Shown piece by piece: positions 39,090-49,856 of a stretch of DNA of 64,000 bases. The notes below the pieces were generated by a model. It was not told the origin of the DNA and ran no database searches. It worked only from the letters and a program-made list of their open reading frames with translations. Source of the DNA: Akkermansiaceae bacterium UBA1315 (GTDB lineage: Bacteria; Verrucomicrobiota; Verrucomicrobiia; Verrucomicrobiales; Akkermansiaceae); assembly GCA_002307065.1 (NCBI GenBank), contig DBTN01000037.1:18230-82229 (forward strand). The letters run 5' to 3'. Each line of letters begins with the position of its first letter. The stretch's first letter is position 1. A program made the position numbers and the translations under genes.

Positions 39090-39640
39090 GATGGGTGACC
39101 GGTGAAAAAGTAGCGTGCGCTTTCCAAAATACCCGTCGCCAGTTCCCCAAGGCTCAAACCGGACGTTTCCACCTTCAAGTGGGCGGTTTCCGCATACCAG
39201 GGCTTGCGCATTTCTAGCAGCTCTTCGATGCGTTTGTAGGGATCATCCGTGTGCAGCAGCGGCCGATCACGCGATCGACCGGTTCGATCAAGCAGAACCT
39301 GGATCGGCGCGTGCAACCAGACGACGTAGCCGAGATTTCGCAGCAGCGGCCGGTTTTCCGGACGGACGACGACTCCGCCGCCCGTCGAAATGATCCGCCG
39401 TGGCCCGGGGACTTCCGACAACTCGCGCAGCAGCCCGCTTTCCATGTCGCGAAACGCCACCTCTCCCTCTTCTTCGAAAATCCGGGTGATCGGTTTTTCC
39501 GCGAAATGCTCGATCACCGCGTCCATATCCACCAATTCGTAGCCCAGCCGCTGATGCAGCTCGCGCCCGATGGTGGATTTTCCGCAACCCATAAACCCGA
39601 TGAGAACGATGTTCTTCGGTGTGGTGCCCAATTCGTTCAT
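39086..39640 (-). CDS. aroK: Shikimate kinase
   Basis: LIGFMGCGKSTIG, IFEEEGEVAFR, STGGG and RPLL motifs. Confidence 0.95.
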   Translation of the reverse strand: MNELGTTPKNIVLIGFMGCGKSTIGRELHQRLGYELVDMDAVIEHFAEKPITRIFEEEGEVAFRDMESGLLRELSEVPGPRRIISTGGGVVVRPENRPLLRNLGYVVWLHAPIQVLLDRTGRSRDRPLLHTDDPYKRIEELLEMRKPWYAETAHLKVETSGLSLGELATGILESARYFFTGHPS

Positions 39641-39725
39641 ACCGCACCCTAGCTCGCTCCGTGCCGATGAAGAAACTGGAAAATCAGGATTCGCCAGCCG
39701 TCGTGCGATCTGGCAAAACCGCCGC

Positions 39726-40757
39726 GTGTCCGAGACCCGAACGATCCAAGCCGCCGATGACGAAATGCAGGAAGCCGTGAGCGCCGCCTGCGAATTGCTC
39801 CAACAAGGAGAAATCGTCGCCCTGCCGACCGAAACCGTGTATGGCCTCGCGGCCGATGCTTTTAACCCGGAAGCCGTCGCGAAAGTTTTCGCCGCAAAAG
39901 AACGGCCGTCGTTTGACCCGCTGATCGTCCACATTGCCAGCCGCGGCGATCTGAAATCCGTGGCGATCATCCCCGAGGAAATTCTGCCGACGGTGAATCA
40001 GTTGACCGCCGCATTCTGGCCCGGCCCTTTGACGATCATTTTACCGAAGCACCCGGATGTTCCGGACATCGTGACTTCCGGTCTGCCCACGGTCGCCGTT
40101 CGCCAAAGCGCCCACCCGATTTTCCGCGCGGTAAACAAAGCGCTTGGCCGACCGATCGCCGCACCGAGCGCCAACCGGTTTGGGCGAATTTCCCCGACTT
40201 CCGCTTCCGCCGTTTCCAAAGAACTGGATGGCCGGATCCCGCTGATCGTCGATGCCGGAGCCTGTGCCGAAGGCGTGGAAAGCACGATCATTTCCATCGA
40301 ACCTCGCGAAGGGAAAAAACCGATTTTCAAACTTCACCGCGCCGGACCGGTGACCAAAGAACAACTTCAGGATTACGGCAAAGTTGAAAAAGCCCGCGAA
40401 GTTTCTAACGAAGCCCCCCAAGCCCCCGGTCAGCTCGCCAGCCACTACGCGCCACGAACGCCGCTGATTCTGCTGGAAAAACCGGAAGATTTCGAACCGG
40501 AAGAAGGCAAACGTTATGGCCTCCTCAGCTATCGCGGTGAAGACGACAGCCCTTACATCGATCTCCACGATTGGGAAATGGTGGAAAGTCTCAGCCCCGG
40601 TAGTGGAAAACTTGCCGAAGCGGCGATCCGGCTTTTCTTCGTCATGCGCCTCATGGACGAAGCCGGCCTCGACGCGATCATCGCCGAACCGGTCAGCGAA
40701 ACCGGACTGGGCGTCGCCATCATGGATCGCTTGAGAAGAGCGTCGACCCGAGCCTAG
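39726..40757 (+). CDS. sua5: Threonylcarbamoyl-AMP synthase with Sua5 C-terminal domain
   Basis: PTETVYGLAA, KERPSFDPLIVH, FWPGPLT, AAPSAN and APGQLASHYAP motifs; start (GTG) uncertain. Confidence 0.93.
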   Translation: MSETRTIQAADDEMQEAVSAACELLQQGEIVALPTETVYGLAADAFNPEAVAKVFAAKERPSFDPLIVHIASRGDLKSVAIIPEEILPTVNQLTAAFWPGPLTIILPKHPDVPDIVTSGLPTVAVRQSAHPIFRAVNKALGRPIAAPSANRFGRISPTSASAVSKELDGRIPLIVDAGACAEGVESTIISIEPREGKKPIFKLHRAGPVTKEQLQDYGKVEKAREVSNEAPQAPGQLASHYAPRTPLILLEKPEDFEPEEGKRYGLLSYRGEDDSPYIDLHDWEMVESLSPGSGKLAEAAIRLFFVMRLMDEAGLDAIIAEPVSETGLGVAIMDRLRRASTRA

Positions 40758-42955
40758 GAACCGGCCCGGTCCGGCGATTCGGGTTTTTTCTCCTTGGAAA
40801 TCATCCGAAGCATCGCGCTGAGCTCGGTCACGATACGGCCAAGCTGCGGATAAGTCCACGGCTCGCGAAAATGCGCAGGATCCGCTTCACCACGCTGGAT
40901 CTCGGGCAGCCGGAAATTTTTCAAACCGGTCAAAACCTCTCCGATATCGGCGGGGGGACGCCCGGTCTGTTCGCAGAAAATCAGGGCCTCAAATGCCACG
41001 CCACAGAGACGGGAGAATTGCTCGACCGTTTCCGCGTGCCGCGTTTTCTCGCCATCGAGATGCAACGTGATGACCGAAAGCGCACGAGCGACGCGTTGGT
41101 TTCCATTGGCAAGGGCACCGGCCTGTTCCAGACCGCGCTGTTGATTTTTCGGATCCGCAATCATCCGGCGCAGCGAAGAAAATGCCTCACTGTTTGCCGA
41201 CTCTGCCGCCTGCCGCACCCGCAAGATCGCGTCATCTTGAACGCCGCCGTTCCTCAACCGGTCGAGGGTCATTTGCAGATACTCGCCATTTTTCCGCAAG
41301 GCCGCCGCCATGATCGCAGGGAAACGCCCTCTCTCCCACGCCGGCCAAAACAAAAATGCCGCCGCCAGGGCGAGCATCCCACCAAGCAAAGTGCTGGCCA
41401 TTCTTTCCAAGGTAAAGGCCAGGGTCACCGGATGCTGAGCCTCGGTGAGCAGCACCACCATCAACGTGATGAAAACCACTGCCACGGCATAGTTCCGTTT
41501 CAGATAGTACGCGAATAGAGCGATGGTGATCGCGATCGCCACCAGCAACACCGCCGCCGGTGGATGCAGCCACAACAAGCTGCTGGCAATCAGTCCGCCG
41601 GCCAAGGTCCCGACGACCCGTTGCGCCGCCTTTTCCCGCGTCGATCCAAAATCAGGCTGAAGCACGACAAGCATCGTAAAGGGCAACCAGTAGCCGTGGC
41701 TGAATCCGCTCTGAATAAAAAACGCCACCCCGCCCAGCGCGAGAATCACCGCCCGCATCGTGTGCCGAACCAGCGACGGATCAAACTGCCCGTTCAAATT
41801 AAGGCTCGCCGCAAGGGGCCGCAACGTCAGCGTGCCCAAATCGAACAGCTCCATGGAAAAAGCCGCCCGCTCGTTCACCCGGTCCATCGTCGCCCGCAGC
41901 GACCGGCGGACCATCGGTAGTTGCTCCTCGATCTGCCGGATGATGTCGGCGAACTGCTCACCCGCGACCGGATCGTCGAGCTGGGATTTCACCTGCGAGC
42001 GGACGATCGCGAGAAGATTCTCCAACCGAGTCAGCCGGACTTCGAATGCCGTCCAGTGCGACGGCTGACGCGAAACGACGGCCAGCGCCACCATTCGGGC
42101 GGTGTTCGTGAGAGAGGTGAGCGCCGGGGCGAACACCGGTTCCAACCGCTGATAACCCGCTTGATTCGAAACCGTCTCCAACGCGGTGCGAAAGGCGATG
42201 ATCCGCAAACCCAACCGCGCGGCGGCGATGTTGAGCGCTTCAAGATGCTTGAGGAAATCCCCAGGATGACGTTTCGACGCATGCAGAATGGCTTGAGATT
42301 GATTCAGCTTCGCCCGCAGATTCACCTCGCGATCGATCATTTTTTCACGCTGCTCCGTCTTGTCCGGGGAAATCGCTTCGAGCAAATCCCCCAGCGCCAT
42401 CCAGCTCTCCGCCACCACACGACGCAGCGGATGTTGCGGATGAAACGGCCAAAACGCGACCTGCAACAGCACGCCAAAAAGCCCACCGATCAGGGTGGCA
42501 AACACCGGGTGACCGTTCGAAACCGGTCCCACCGACACCGGTCCGGCAAGGGAAATGAAAAACAGCAAACCGCTGGAAACGGCCAAACCCGGTCCATACT
42601 CGCTGCTCAAATGCCGCCAAAGCCCACCCGCGCCAACCACGATCGCCGTGCCCAACAGGGCAAATGGCAAACCGATCTCTCCCAAGGTCCCAACAAAAAC
42701 CGAACCGGTCAAAATCAACGTAACCGCCAACAATAGGCCCAGTCTCAATGAATAAACTCCCCGAACATCCACCTGAGCAATCGTTTGCGCAGCGATACAG
42801 GCATGGATCGGATCGAGGTGAATCCACCCGAAATGGGTCGCCAACAACGGCACCATGAACGCAATCACCGCGCGGATCGCCCGATTCAGGTCAGGCAGGA
42901 GAGATTCCCTTTCGATGAAATCGGCCAGATGCCGCCTGATTTTGTTAACGCCCAT
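40754..42955 (-). CDS. FUSC/YccS family membrane protein
   Basis: Two TM blocks; HGYWLPFTMLVVLQPDFGST...QRVVGTLAG. Confidence 0.88.
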   Translation of the reverse strand: MGVNKIRRHLADFIERESLLPDLNRAIRAVIAFMVPLLATHFGWIHLDPIHACIAAQTIAQVDVRGVYSLRLGLLLAVTLILTGSVFVGTLGEIGLPFALLGTAIVVGAGGLWRHLSSEYGPGLAVSSGLLFFISLAGPVSVGPVSNGHPVFATLIGGLFGVLLQVAFWPFHPQHPLRRVVAESWMALGDLLEAISPDKTEQREKMIDREVNLRAKLNQSQAILHASKRHPGDFLKHLEALNIAAARLGLRIIAFRTALETVSNQAGYQRLEPVFAPALTSLTNTARMVALAVVSRQPSHWTAFEVRLTRLENLLAIVRSQVKSQLDDPVAGEQFADIIRQIEEQLPMVRRSLRATMDRVNERAAFSMELFDLGTLTLRPLAASLNLNGQFDPSLVRHTMRAVILALGGVAFFIQSGFSHGYWLPFTMLVVLQPDFGSTREKAAQRVVGTLAGGLIASSLLWLHPPAAVLLVAIAITIALFAYYLKRNYAVAVVFITLMVVLLTEAQHPVTLAFTLERMASTLLGGMLALAAAFLFWPAWERGRFPAIMAAALRKNGEYLQMTLDRLRNGGVQDDAILRVRQAAESANSEAFSSLRRMIADPKNQQRGLEQAGALANGNQRVARALSVITLHLDGEKTRHAETVEQFSRLCGVAFEALIFCEQTGRPPADIGEVLTGLKNFRLPEIQRGEADPAHFREPWTYPQLGRIVTELSAMLRMISKEKKPESPDRAGS

Positions 42956-43309
42956 GGTTGAACTTCGCAGAACAGAATGGCGCACAATCCGCCACACGCA
43001 AGCCCGTCTCAAACGAACGACCTCAGCACCGTGTTACTTTTGAAACAATCACCTCGAAAAATGCATCTCTCTAAGTTCGGCAAATGTTTCGGCGATCAGC
43101 CCTTGCTCATCGTTGTGCAAGAAATGTTGCCGCTGCCAGTGGTGATGATACGTTGATCCGCGTCAAAGTTTTTAGAATCAGCGACTGGATCAAATGTCGA
43201 AACCTCGCACAAATCATGCATTTCCATTTTTCAGAAAATTGACATGCTTGAAATAACGATCGAACCGGCCTGAAACCGCAAGCTCCCGCATTCCTTATCC
43301 TTCATCAAC

Positions 43310-44074
43310 ATGCTCGCTGCTGAACGCCAACGCCGCCTCTTGGAACTCGCTCGAAAAGACCGCACTGTCCGAACAACCGACTTGGCGAGAGACTTTCATG
43401 TCACCGAGGAAACGATTCGCCGCGATCTTGACTTTCTCTCTCGGCTCGGCCACTTGCGACGCACTCACGGCGGCGCGATGGACGCTGCCGTTTCGCTCGG
43501 CGAGCTGTCTCCGAGCGAGCGAGAAGCTCGACAGTCCGAGGAGAAAATCGCCATTGGTCGCTCCGCAGCAGAATTGATACAAGACGGTGAGACGTTGCTA
43601 TTGGACGCCAGCTCGACGGGACTCGAATTCGCAACACAGCTCCCCAAAGACAAGCGGTTGCGTGTGGTCACCTATTCTCTCGCGATTCTTGAGCGGCTCG
43701 CATTGCGCGAGGATCTCGAACTTGTCCAACTCGGCGGGTTTTACGAAAGAAGCAGTCGCCGGTTCTCCGGTCTATTGACCGAGAAAGCATTGCTGGCGTT
43801 GCGCATCGACCGGTTTTTTTTCTCAGGCAGCGGTTTTAATCCCAAATATGGCGTTGGCGAATCGGATCCCGAACAAGCTCGCCTGAAGCAGATGATGGTC
43901 GAGCATGCCGAATGGTCTTGTGCCTTGATGGATCACACCAAATTGGGAGCACGCACGGATCATTTTTTTGCCCAATGCGCGGACTTTCACGTGCTGGTGA
44001 CGGACAAAGGAGGAAGAAGCTACGCGTCGAAATACCTGAAAGCCACATCTTACGACGTGCGCTTTGGTCGCTGA
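43310..44074 (+). CDS. DeoR/GlpR family transcriptional regulator
   Basis: ERQRRLL...VTEETIRRDL...RTHGGA and LLDASST motifs. Confidence 0.93.
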   Translation: MLAAERQRRLLELARKDRTVRTTDLARDFHVTEETIRRDLDFLSRLGHLRRTHGGAMDAAVSLGELSPSEREARQSEEKIAIGRSAAELIQDGETLLLDASSTGLEFATQLPKDKRLRVVTYSLAILERLALREDLELVQLGGFYERSSRRFSGLLTEKALLALRIDRFFFSGSGFNPKYGVGESDPEQARLKQMMVEHAEWSCALMDHTKLGARTDHFFAQCADFHVLVTDKGGRSYASKYLKATSYDVRFGR

Positions 44075-44099
44075 CTCTGCTAACTAGGATTCAAAAAAA

Positions 44100-45152
44100 T
44101 CAAGCGTTCAGCAACTTCCAGTCGTCCGCAGCAAGACAGCATGGATCGTTCGCCACCCAGTGGTTTGGGGCGATTTCCTTCAACGATAAATCCGCGCCGA
44201 TGGTTTCTTCGTAGCGCGGGTGCTTGATCCGGTGGCCAAAGGCGCTGCCCGCCGGCGGATCAATCGGCGATGGCACGTCACCTTCTAACAGAATTTTCTT
44301 CCGCTGGATCGTCGGGTCGGCCGAGGGGATCGCGGAAAGCAGCGCCTTGGTGTAGGCATGTTTGGGATTTCGATAAATCGCTTCCGCACTGGCGAGTTCG
44401 ACAATTTTCCCGAGATACATCACCGCGACCCGATCGCTGATATGTTTTACCACCGATAAGTTATGGGCAATAAAAAGATAAGATAAGCCAAAGTCCTTCT
44501 GAAGCTCGACCAGCAAGTTTAAAATCTGCGATTGCACCGAGACATCGAGAGCCGAAACCGGTTCATCACAAATGATGAGCTTCGGTTTCAAAGCGAGGGC
44601 GCGCGCGATGCCGATCCGCTGGCGTTGGCCGCCGGAAAATTCGAATGAATAACGATCTGCGGAAGCCGCAGGAAGGCCGACACGATCCAGCAACTCATTC
44701 ACCCACTTTTGTCGCTCCGACCGGCTTCCCAAACCATGGATGACATACGGCTCTTCTAGTATCGAGCGAACATTCATTCGTGGATCAAGCGACTCCGCCG
44801 GATCTTGGAAAATCATTTGAAAATCTTTTCGATACGGTCTCAGCCCGGATTGTCCGAAATCTGAAATATCCGTCTTTTCAAAACGGATCGAACCGGAAGT
44901 CGGCTTCAAAAGTCGGACGATCGCTTTTCCCAAAGTCGATTTCCCACAACCGGACTCGCCGACAAGACCAAGCGTTTCACCCGGTTTGATATAAAGCGAA
45001 ACGCCATCGACCGCTTTCACCGCACCGGTTTGGCGCAGCAACACACCACCGCGAACCGGGAAATGAACACGAAGATCTTCAACTCTGAGAAGCGGAGCTT
45101 TCTTCTCTTCACTTCGATGTTCAACGTTTGATGTTCGATGTTCGATGTTCAT
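44100..45152 (-). CDS. oppF: Peptide ABC transporter ATP-binding subunit
   Basis: [24 protein letters not shown] and HPYT-like oligo_HPY tail. Confidence 0.92.
   Translation of the reverse strand: MNIEHRTSNVEHRSEEKKAPLLRVEDLRVHFPVRGGVLLRQTGAVKAVDGVSLYIKPGETLGLVGESGCGKSTLGKAIVRLLKPTSGSIRFEKTDISDFGQSGLRPYRKDFQMIFQDPAESLDPRMNVRSILEEPYVIHGLGSRSERQKWVNELLDRVGLPAASADRYSFEFSGGQRQRIGIARALALKPKLIICDEPVSALDVSVQSQILNLLVELQKDFGLSYLFIAHNLSVVKHISDRVAVMYLGKIVELASAEAIYRNPKHAYTKALLSAIPSADPTIQRKKILLEGDVPSPIDPPAGSAFGHRIKHPRYEETIGADLSLKEIAPNHWVANDPCCLAADDWKLLNA
45113..45152. repeat. Heptamer tandem repeat TTCGATG-like x5.7, encoding [13 protein letters not shown] at the OppF N-terminus
   Basis: ttcgatg ttcaacg tttgatg ttcgatg ttcgatg ttcat, read directly. 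Confidence 0.8.
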
Positions 45153-46135
45153 ACCGGTTGATAACATTCAGGACACATTTCCACCCAGTGCCCGGATGAA
45201 ACTTCGGCGAAGCGTGGACGCTCGCGGCTCACGGGCGCGGTGCGGCCCATGCGTTGGCAGAAACGGCAGCCGTGCGCGTGATCTCCTAGGCTGGCGACCA
45301 TGCCGGGGATGGTGTTGAGGATGGATTTCGAAGGAGTTTCCAACGTCGGAATCGAGGCGAGCAAACCCCTGGTGTAAGCATGCAGCGGTTGTTGGAAAAG
45401 TTCCTTAGCCGGAGCTTTTTCGACGACGCGACCGGCATACATCACCACCACCTCATCGCAGGTTTCCGCGATCACTCCGAGGTCATGCGTGATCAGAATA
45501 GTGGACATCTCCATCTCCGCCTGCAACCGGTTCATCAAATCAAGAATCTGCGCCTGCACGGTCACATCGAGCGCGGTCGTCGGCTCATCAGCGATGAGCA
45601 GTGACGGTTTGCAAGCCAGCGCCATGGCAATGACAACGCGTTGGCGCATGCCGCCGGAAAGTTGGTGAGGATAATCCATCATCCGCTTTTCCGGAGCGGG
45701 AATGCGGACACTTTTCAGCATCTCGATCCCTGCGTCCCACGCGTCTTTTTTGGAAAGCTTCGTGTGGAGGCGAAAAACTTCGGTGATCTGTTTGCCGATC
45801 CGATGGACCGGGTTGAGCGCGGTCATCGGTTCTTGGAAAATCACACCGATTTCCCCGCCACGGATTTTCTGCATTTCGCGCTCGGTCGCGTGGACGAGAT
45901 CGTGGCCTTTGAAAAGAATGCTGCCGCCGAGAATTTTTCCAGCCGGTTGAGGTAAAAGCCGGACGATCGACATCGCGGTCACGCTTTTTCCGCAGCCGGA
46001 CTCGCCGACAATGCCGACGGTTTTTCCTTTCGGCACCGTAAACGAAACCTGATCAACCGCGCGCAGCAGCCCGCGTTCGGTTTCGAAGGAGGTGATGAGT
46101 TGATCAACCTCAAGAATGTTTTCAAAGGCGCTCAT
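45149..46135 (-). CDS. oppD: Peptide ABC transporter ATP-binding subunit
   Basis: [27 protein letters not shown] and DEPTTALD motifs. Confidence 0.93.
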   Translation of the reverse strand: MSAFENILEVDQLITSFETERGLLRAVDQVSFTVPKGKTVGIVGESGCGKSVTAMSIVRLLPQPAGKILGGSILFKGHDLVHATEREMQKIRGGEIGVIFQEPMTALNPVHRIGKQITEVFRLHTKLSKKDAWDAGIEMLKSVRIPAPEKRMMDYPHQLSGGMRQRVVIAMALACKPSLLIADEPTTALDVTVQAQILDLMNRLQAEMEMSTILITHDLGVIAETCDEVVVMYAGRVVEKAPAKELFQQPLHAYTRGLLASIPTLETPSKSILNTIPGMVASLGDHAHGCRFCQRMGRTAPVSRERPRFAEVSSGHWVEMCPECYQPV

Positions 46136-48285
46136 TGCGGTGCAACCGGTTCGTCGGGATTTCCGGGAATGATTTCCGGAGCCGGTTTGACAGGGAGTTG
46201 GCGGTAATTTTCGACGACACGATTCGATTCTGGAAACGTTTTCCCCGACCGACGCGCAGCCTGCGTTTCCTGTTTCAGATCATCATCGATCCAATAAACG
46301 TAAACTTCGTGCGGATCATAAACCACCGGTGGACTGAAATGAGTCGTCTCACAATCCGGCCAGCGGACCCAGCGCCACGAACCAATACGAATGAAATCCA
46401 CGGCATAACCCGGAACAAAAATCCCTTCGTCGTGCATGATGTTCTGGAGTTTCCAAGACGCGACGCGAAGCGCTTCGGTATCGCGCGCGTTCCGAACTTG
46501 CTCACTCAGGCGATCGGTGTCCGGCCTCCCCCAGACAAAGATATTATTCGTCTGCGGTTTGGGATTTCCTTTTTCATCAAACGCATTGGTCGAGTGAAGG
46601 AACTGGTGGAAATCCGGAACCGGCGGGGTGATGCCCCAAGCGGTGAACGTGATTTCATGCTGCTTCTGCATGACTTTTTTGTAGGAAACCGTGGCTTCCA
46701 ATCCATCCAGCCGAAGATCAAGTCCGCAGGCTTTGGCATCTTCGCGAAGAATCGCGAAAATCCGATCCACGATAGGAATGGCGGCATAACTCGCGGAGAT
46801 CGAAAGTCGGGTGCCATCCGGTTTTTTCAAAATGCCATCCCGATCTTCCTCGGTGTAGCCGGCAGCCCGAAAAGCGGCACGCGCCTCGCTGACCGAATAG
46901 GGCCTCGCCCGGATCGACGGATCACTGAAGGTGACATATCCTTCGTTAAAAGCATTCAGCCGTTGGTAATCGCCGCGAAACATTACATCGATCACCTTCT
47001 GCCAATTCATGGCATAGTTGATACCGATGCGGACGTTTTTGTCATTCAGCGGCACCTTGCTGACATTGAGATAAAGCCCACGTGGAACTTTAGGATATTG
47101 ATTATAAAACGTCGTCCGCTCGATGTAACCGTCATAAACCGGAGGCATCTCGGATTTTTCATACCAATATTCCGGACGAGTAAGAATCGCCGTATCAAGT
47201 TCTCCGGCACGGAAAAGCTCGAAGGCTTTTGAGTCATCACGGACCACGGTGTGGACGATCTTGTCAGCATTGAAACGGTATTTGTAGTATTTCCGGTCTT
47301 TTGCCCACCAGTTTTTTACGCGGCTCTGAGTGATGGACGCGCCTTTGACAATGTCTTCGTCCTTCACTTCGTAGGCACCGGTCGTGGGGGGGAATTTCCA
47401 CTGATAACGTTCGGTGTAGTCCGGCCCATAATCGGTGTAAAAATGCGGCGGCGAAGGTGAAAGCCCGCCGGCGGTCGCAGCGGCGTACGGTTTCGCCTCG
47501 GGCAACGAAACCGAAATCATGCTATCGTCATAAATCGCGATCTGCGCGAGATTCTCCCGAAAGTACTGCTTTGCGTATGGATTGACGATGTTATCGGAAA
47601 CGCGGAGATAAACATAAACGAGGAAATCCTTTGCTTTCACCGGCACTCCATCGGAATAACGCGCTTCCGGATCGAGGTGCATATAGATCGTCCGCCCGTC
47701 CGCAGAAACCGCCCAGCGGTCGGCCAAGCCGGGAATCAGCTCCATCGTTTGCGGATGCAAGGTGACGAGCGACATATCGATATTATCGTAAAGCTCGCCA
47801 CGGAAACTGTTATTCGAATTTTCGCCAAAAGGTCGGAGCGTCGGTGGAAAACCGGGCATGAAGGTGCGAAACACTCCACCTTTTTTCGATGCCGGGTCGC
47901 CGATCTCCGGTTGGTCCATACCGGTTTCCCAAACAAGATCAGACGGAATTTCCGAAGGTGTGCCGATTTTCAAATAGTCGCCGAGAGACCGACGGAAATT
48001 CCATTTTTCCATCTCACCACGAAGAGCTTCGGCCTGGGCTTCCAGTCCGGACCTTTCCTCAACGGTCGCCGTTTCGAGCGCGGCGGAAATGCGGTCGATC
48101 TCTTTTTGCGTCGCCGACTGCTGCTCACCCAACCATTGGTGGATATAGGTATTGTAGAGCGGAAGGAAGTCATCAAATCCCAACGACCGCTCGTTTTGGC
48201 GGGTTTCCTGATGGCAACCGGTCCCCAGCAGGACGAACCATCCGGCGAGCATCAAACCCCACAATGAAATCAATCGGCGCATCAA
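46132..48285 (-). CDS. yejA: YejA-like extracellular solute-binding lipoprotein (family 5)
   Basis: Lipobox LGTG-C; KKGG..., PGLADRW..S.DG and TTGAY motifs. Confidence 0.8.
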   Translation of the reverse strand: MMRRLISLWGLMLAGWFVLLGTGCHQETRQNERSLGFDDFLPLYNTYIHQWLGEQQSATQKEIDRISAALETATVEERSGLEAQAEALRGEMEKWNFRRSLGDYLKIGTPSEIPSDLVWETGMDQPEIGDPASKKGGVFRTFMPGFPPTLRPFGENSNNSFRGELYDNIDMSLVTLHPQTMELIPGLADRWAVSADGRTIYMHLDPEARYSDGVPVKAKDFLVYVYLRVSDNIVNPYAKQYFRENLAQIAIYDDSMISVSLPEAKPYAAATAGGLSPSPPHFYTDYGPDYTERYQWKFPPTTGAYEVKDEDIVKGASITQSRVKNWWAKDRKYYKYRFNADKIVHTVVRDDSKAFELFRAGELDTAILTRPEYWYEKSEMPPVYDGYIERTTFYNQYPKVPRGLYLNVSKVPLNDKNVRIGINYAMNWQKVIDVMFRGDYQRLNAFNEGYVTFSDPSIRARPYSVSEARAAFRAAGYTEEDRDGILKKPDGTRLSISASYAAIPIVDRIFAILREDAKACGLDLRLDGLEATVSYKKVMQKQHEITFTAWGITPPVPDFHQFLHSTNAFDEKGNPKPQTNNIFVWGRPDTDRLSEQVRNARDTEALRVASWKLQNIMHDEGIFVPGYAVDFIRIGSWRWVRWPDCETTHFSPPVVYDPHEVYVYWIDDDLKQETQAARRSGKTFPESNRVVENYRQLPVKPAPEIIPGNPDEPVAPQ

Positions 48286-49856
48286 CGATAATAAGTGAAT
48301 TTTTTCGGATCGAACGCTTCGCGAATCGCTTCTCCAACAAAGGTGATCAGGACTAAAAGCGCGACGAGCACCACGAATGTGGACGTGACAAGCCAGGGCG
48401 CGGCGAGGTTGGAAAGACCGTCATTCAAGAGGCGTCCCCACGTTGCATATTCCGGCGGCAAGCCGAAACCCAGATAGTCCAGTGCAGTCAGTGAGAACAC
48501 CAAGCCGGACATGCTGAACGGAATCAGCGTCACGATGATCGCGATCGTGTTGGGTAAAAGATGGCGGAAAATGATCCGGGGAGTCCCTGCGCCCAGAACC
48601 CGGGCCGCAGCGATGTAGTCACGCTCTTTGTCACGATAAGCGGCGGTTCTCATCAGCGCGGTGATGCCCATCCAGCCGAAAACGATAAGAATCGTGAGGA
48701 TCACCGGCAGGCCTTTGAACCGCTCCGGCACCATGCTGGAAAAGATGATCACGACGAAAAGAAATGGCATGTTCGAAAAAATCTCGATCAACCGGTCGAC
48801 GATCAGATCGAACCAGCCACCAAAAAATCCCATCAACATGCCGACGGTGATGCCGATCAGATAAACCACCGGAAGATAAATCAGCGCGGCTTTCAGATTC
48901 ACCTGCAATCCCCCGTAAAGATATGCCAAGACGTCGTAACCTTGCGATGTGGTTCCCAACCAGTTTTTCTCCTCCGGAATCGGCGGTGCCGGATGATATT
49001 TCACGGCGCGCAGATCACTGGAAGAAAGCGCGAGGAAACTTTCTTTGGTGCCATCGCCACTGAACCGGTCGGATACCAGATTTCCATTGCGGTATTCCCC
49101 GCTGTAAACCGGTACGCCTTGCGCATCCCAACCGTCCATCGGCCCCGAGAGTTTTCCTTTCCGCAAAGTGAATCGCAGATGCATCTTCGATTTCAAAACA
49201 TCGAAATACCGCGCGGCCAATCCGGAGTAGGGCTCATTACTACCCGATTCGTAGTATTTCCCTTCGCGCAGCTCTAACGATTTCGAGCGCGGCGGCAGGG
49301 TGTCACCGGTCGGATCGTAAGGAATCAGCGGAAGAATGACTCGGCCTTTACCGGTTTGAGCAAAGGTGCGCTTCAGTTCTCGGTAATCCGCCGGAGCTTC
49401 TGCAGATTCTCCTTCGATCCCGAAGTCGCGATTTTTTAGATCGGTTTGTAAAAATGCCGGGAACGTCCATTTACCGTCGTGTTTCACAGCCAGCGCGCGC
49501 TTTCCGACGATCGCCTGATCGAGCATCGCCAGACTTCCGAGAATGATCAAAATAATCAGCGAATAATAACCGCGCTTGATTTCACAGAACCGTCGGACGC
49601 GACGAACCGTGACTGGATTCGGCGGACCAGAAGTGAACGAGCGCACGATCATCGTCAAACCGGTCAGCCATAAAATCGCAACTGCGAGCCAACCGAACCA
49701 TGGGAAAACCGTGCCCGCTTTTTCGAAATTCAGCCAGGGCACCTGACGGCTCGCGTCGAAAAACCAACGCGCCGTTGGAAAAGCGATGCGCTGGATTTCA
49801 CCGGTCGCCGCGAGGGCTCCGATGGCTGTTAGAAAAATTCCGATCGCTCGCATCAC
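48282..49856 (-). CDS. yejE: YejE-like ABC permease
   Basis: RRF..IKRGYYSL, WLGTTSQGYDVLAYL and RHLLPN motifs. Confidence 0.8.
   Translation of the reverse strand: MMRAIGIFLTAIGALAATGEIQRIAFPTARWFFDASRQVPWLNFEKAGTVFPWFGWLAVAILWLTGLTMIVRSFTSGPPNPVTVRRVRRFCEIKRGYYSLIILIILGSLAMLDQAIVGKRALAVKHDGKWTFPAFLQTDLKNRDFGIEGESAEAPADYRELKRTFAQTGKGRVILPLIPYDPTGDTLPPRSKSLELREGKYYESGSNEPYSGLAARYFDVLKSKMHLRFTLRKGKLSGPMDGWDAQGVPVYSGEYRNGNLVSDRFSGDGTKESFLALSSSDLRAVKYHPAPPIPEEKNWLGTTSQGYDVLAYLYGGLQVNLKAALIYLPVVYLIGITVGMLMGFFGGWFDLIVDRLIEIFSNMPFLFVVIIFSSMVPERFKGLPVILTILIVFGWMGITALMRTAAYRDKERDYIAAARVLGAGTPRIIFRHLLPNTIAIIVTLIPFSMSGLVFSLTALDYLGFGLPPEYATWGRLLNDGLSNLAAPWLVTSTFVVLVALLVLITFVGEAIREAFDPKKFTYYR

Noticed and set aside
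43013-43309. AT-richer gap upstream of DeoR with a ~41-codon minus-strand ORF
   Set aside because: No motif, coupling or structure supports it; likely an ordinary divergent promoter region.
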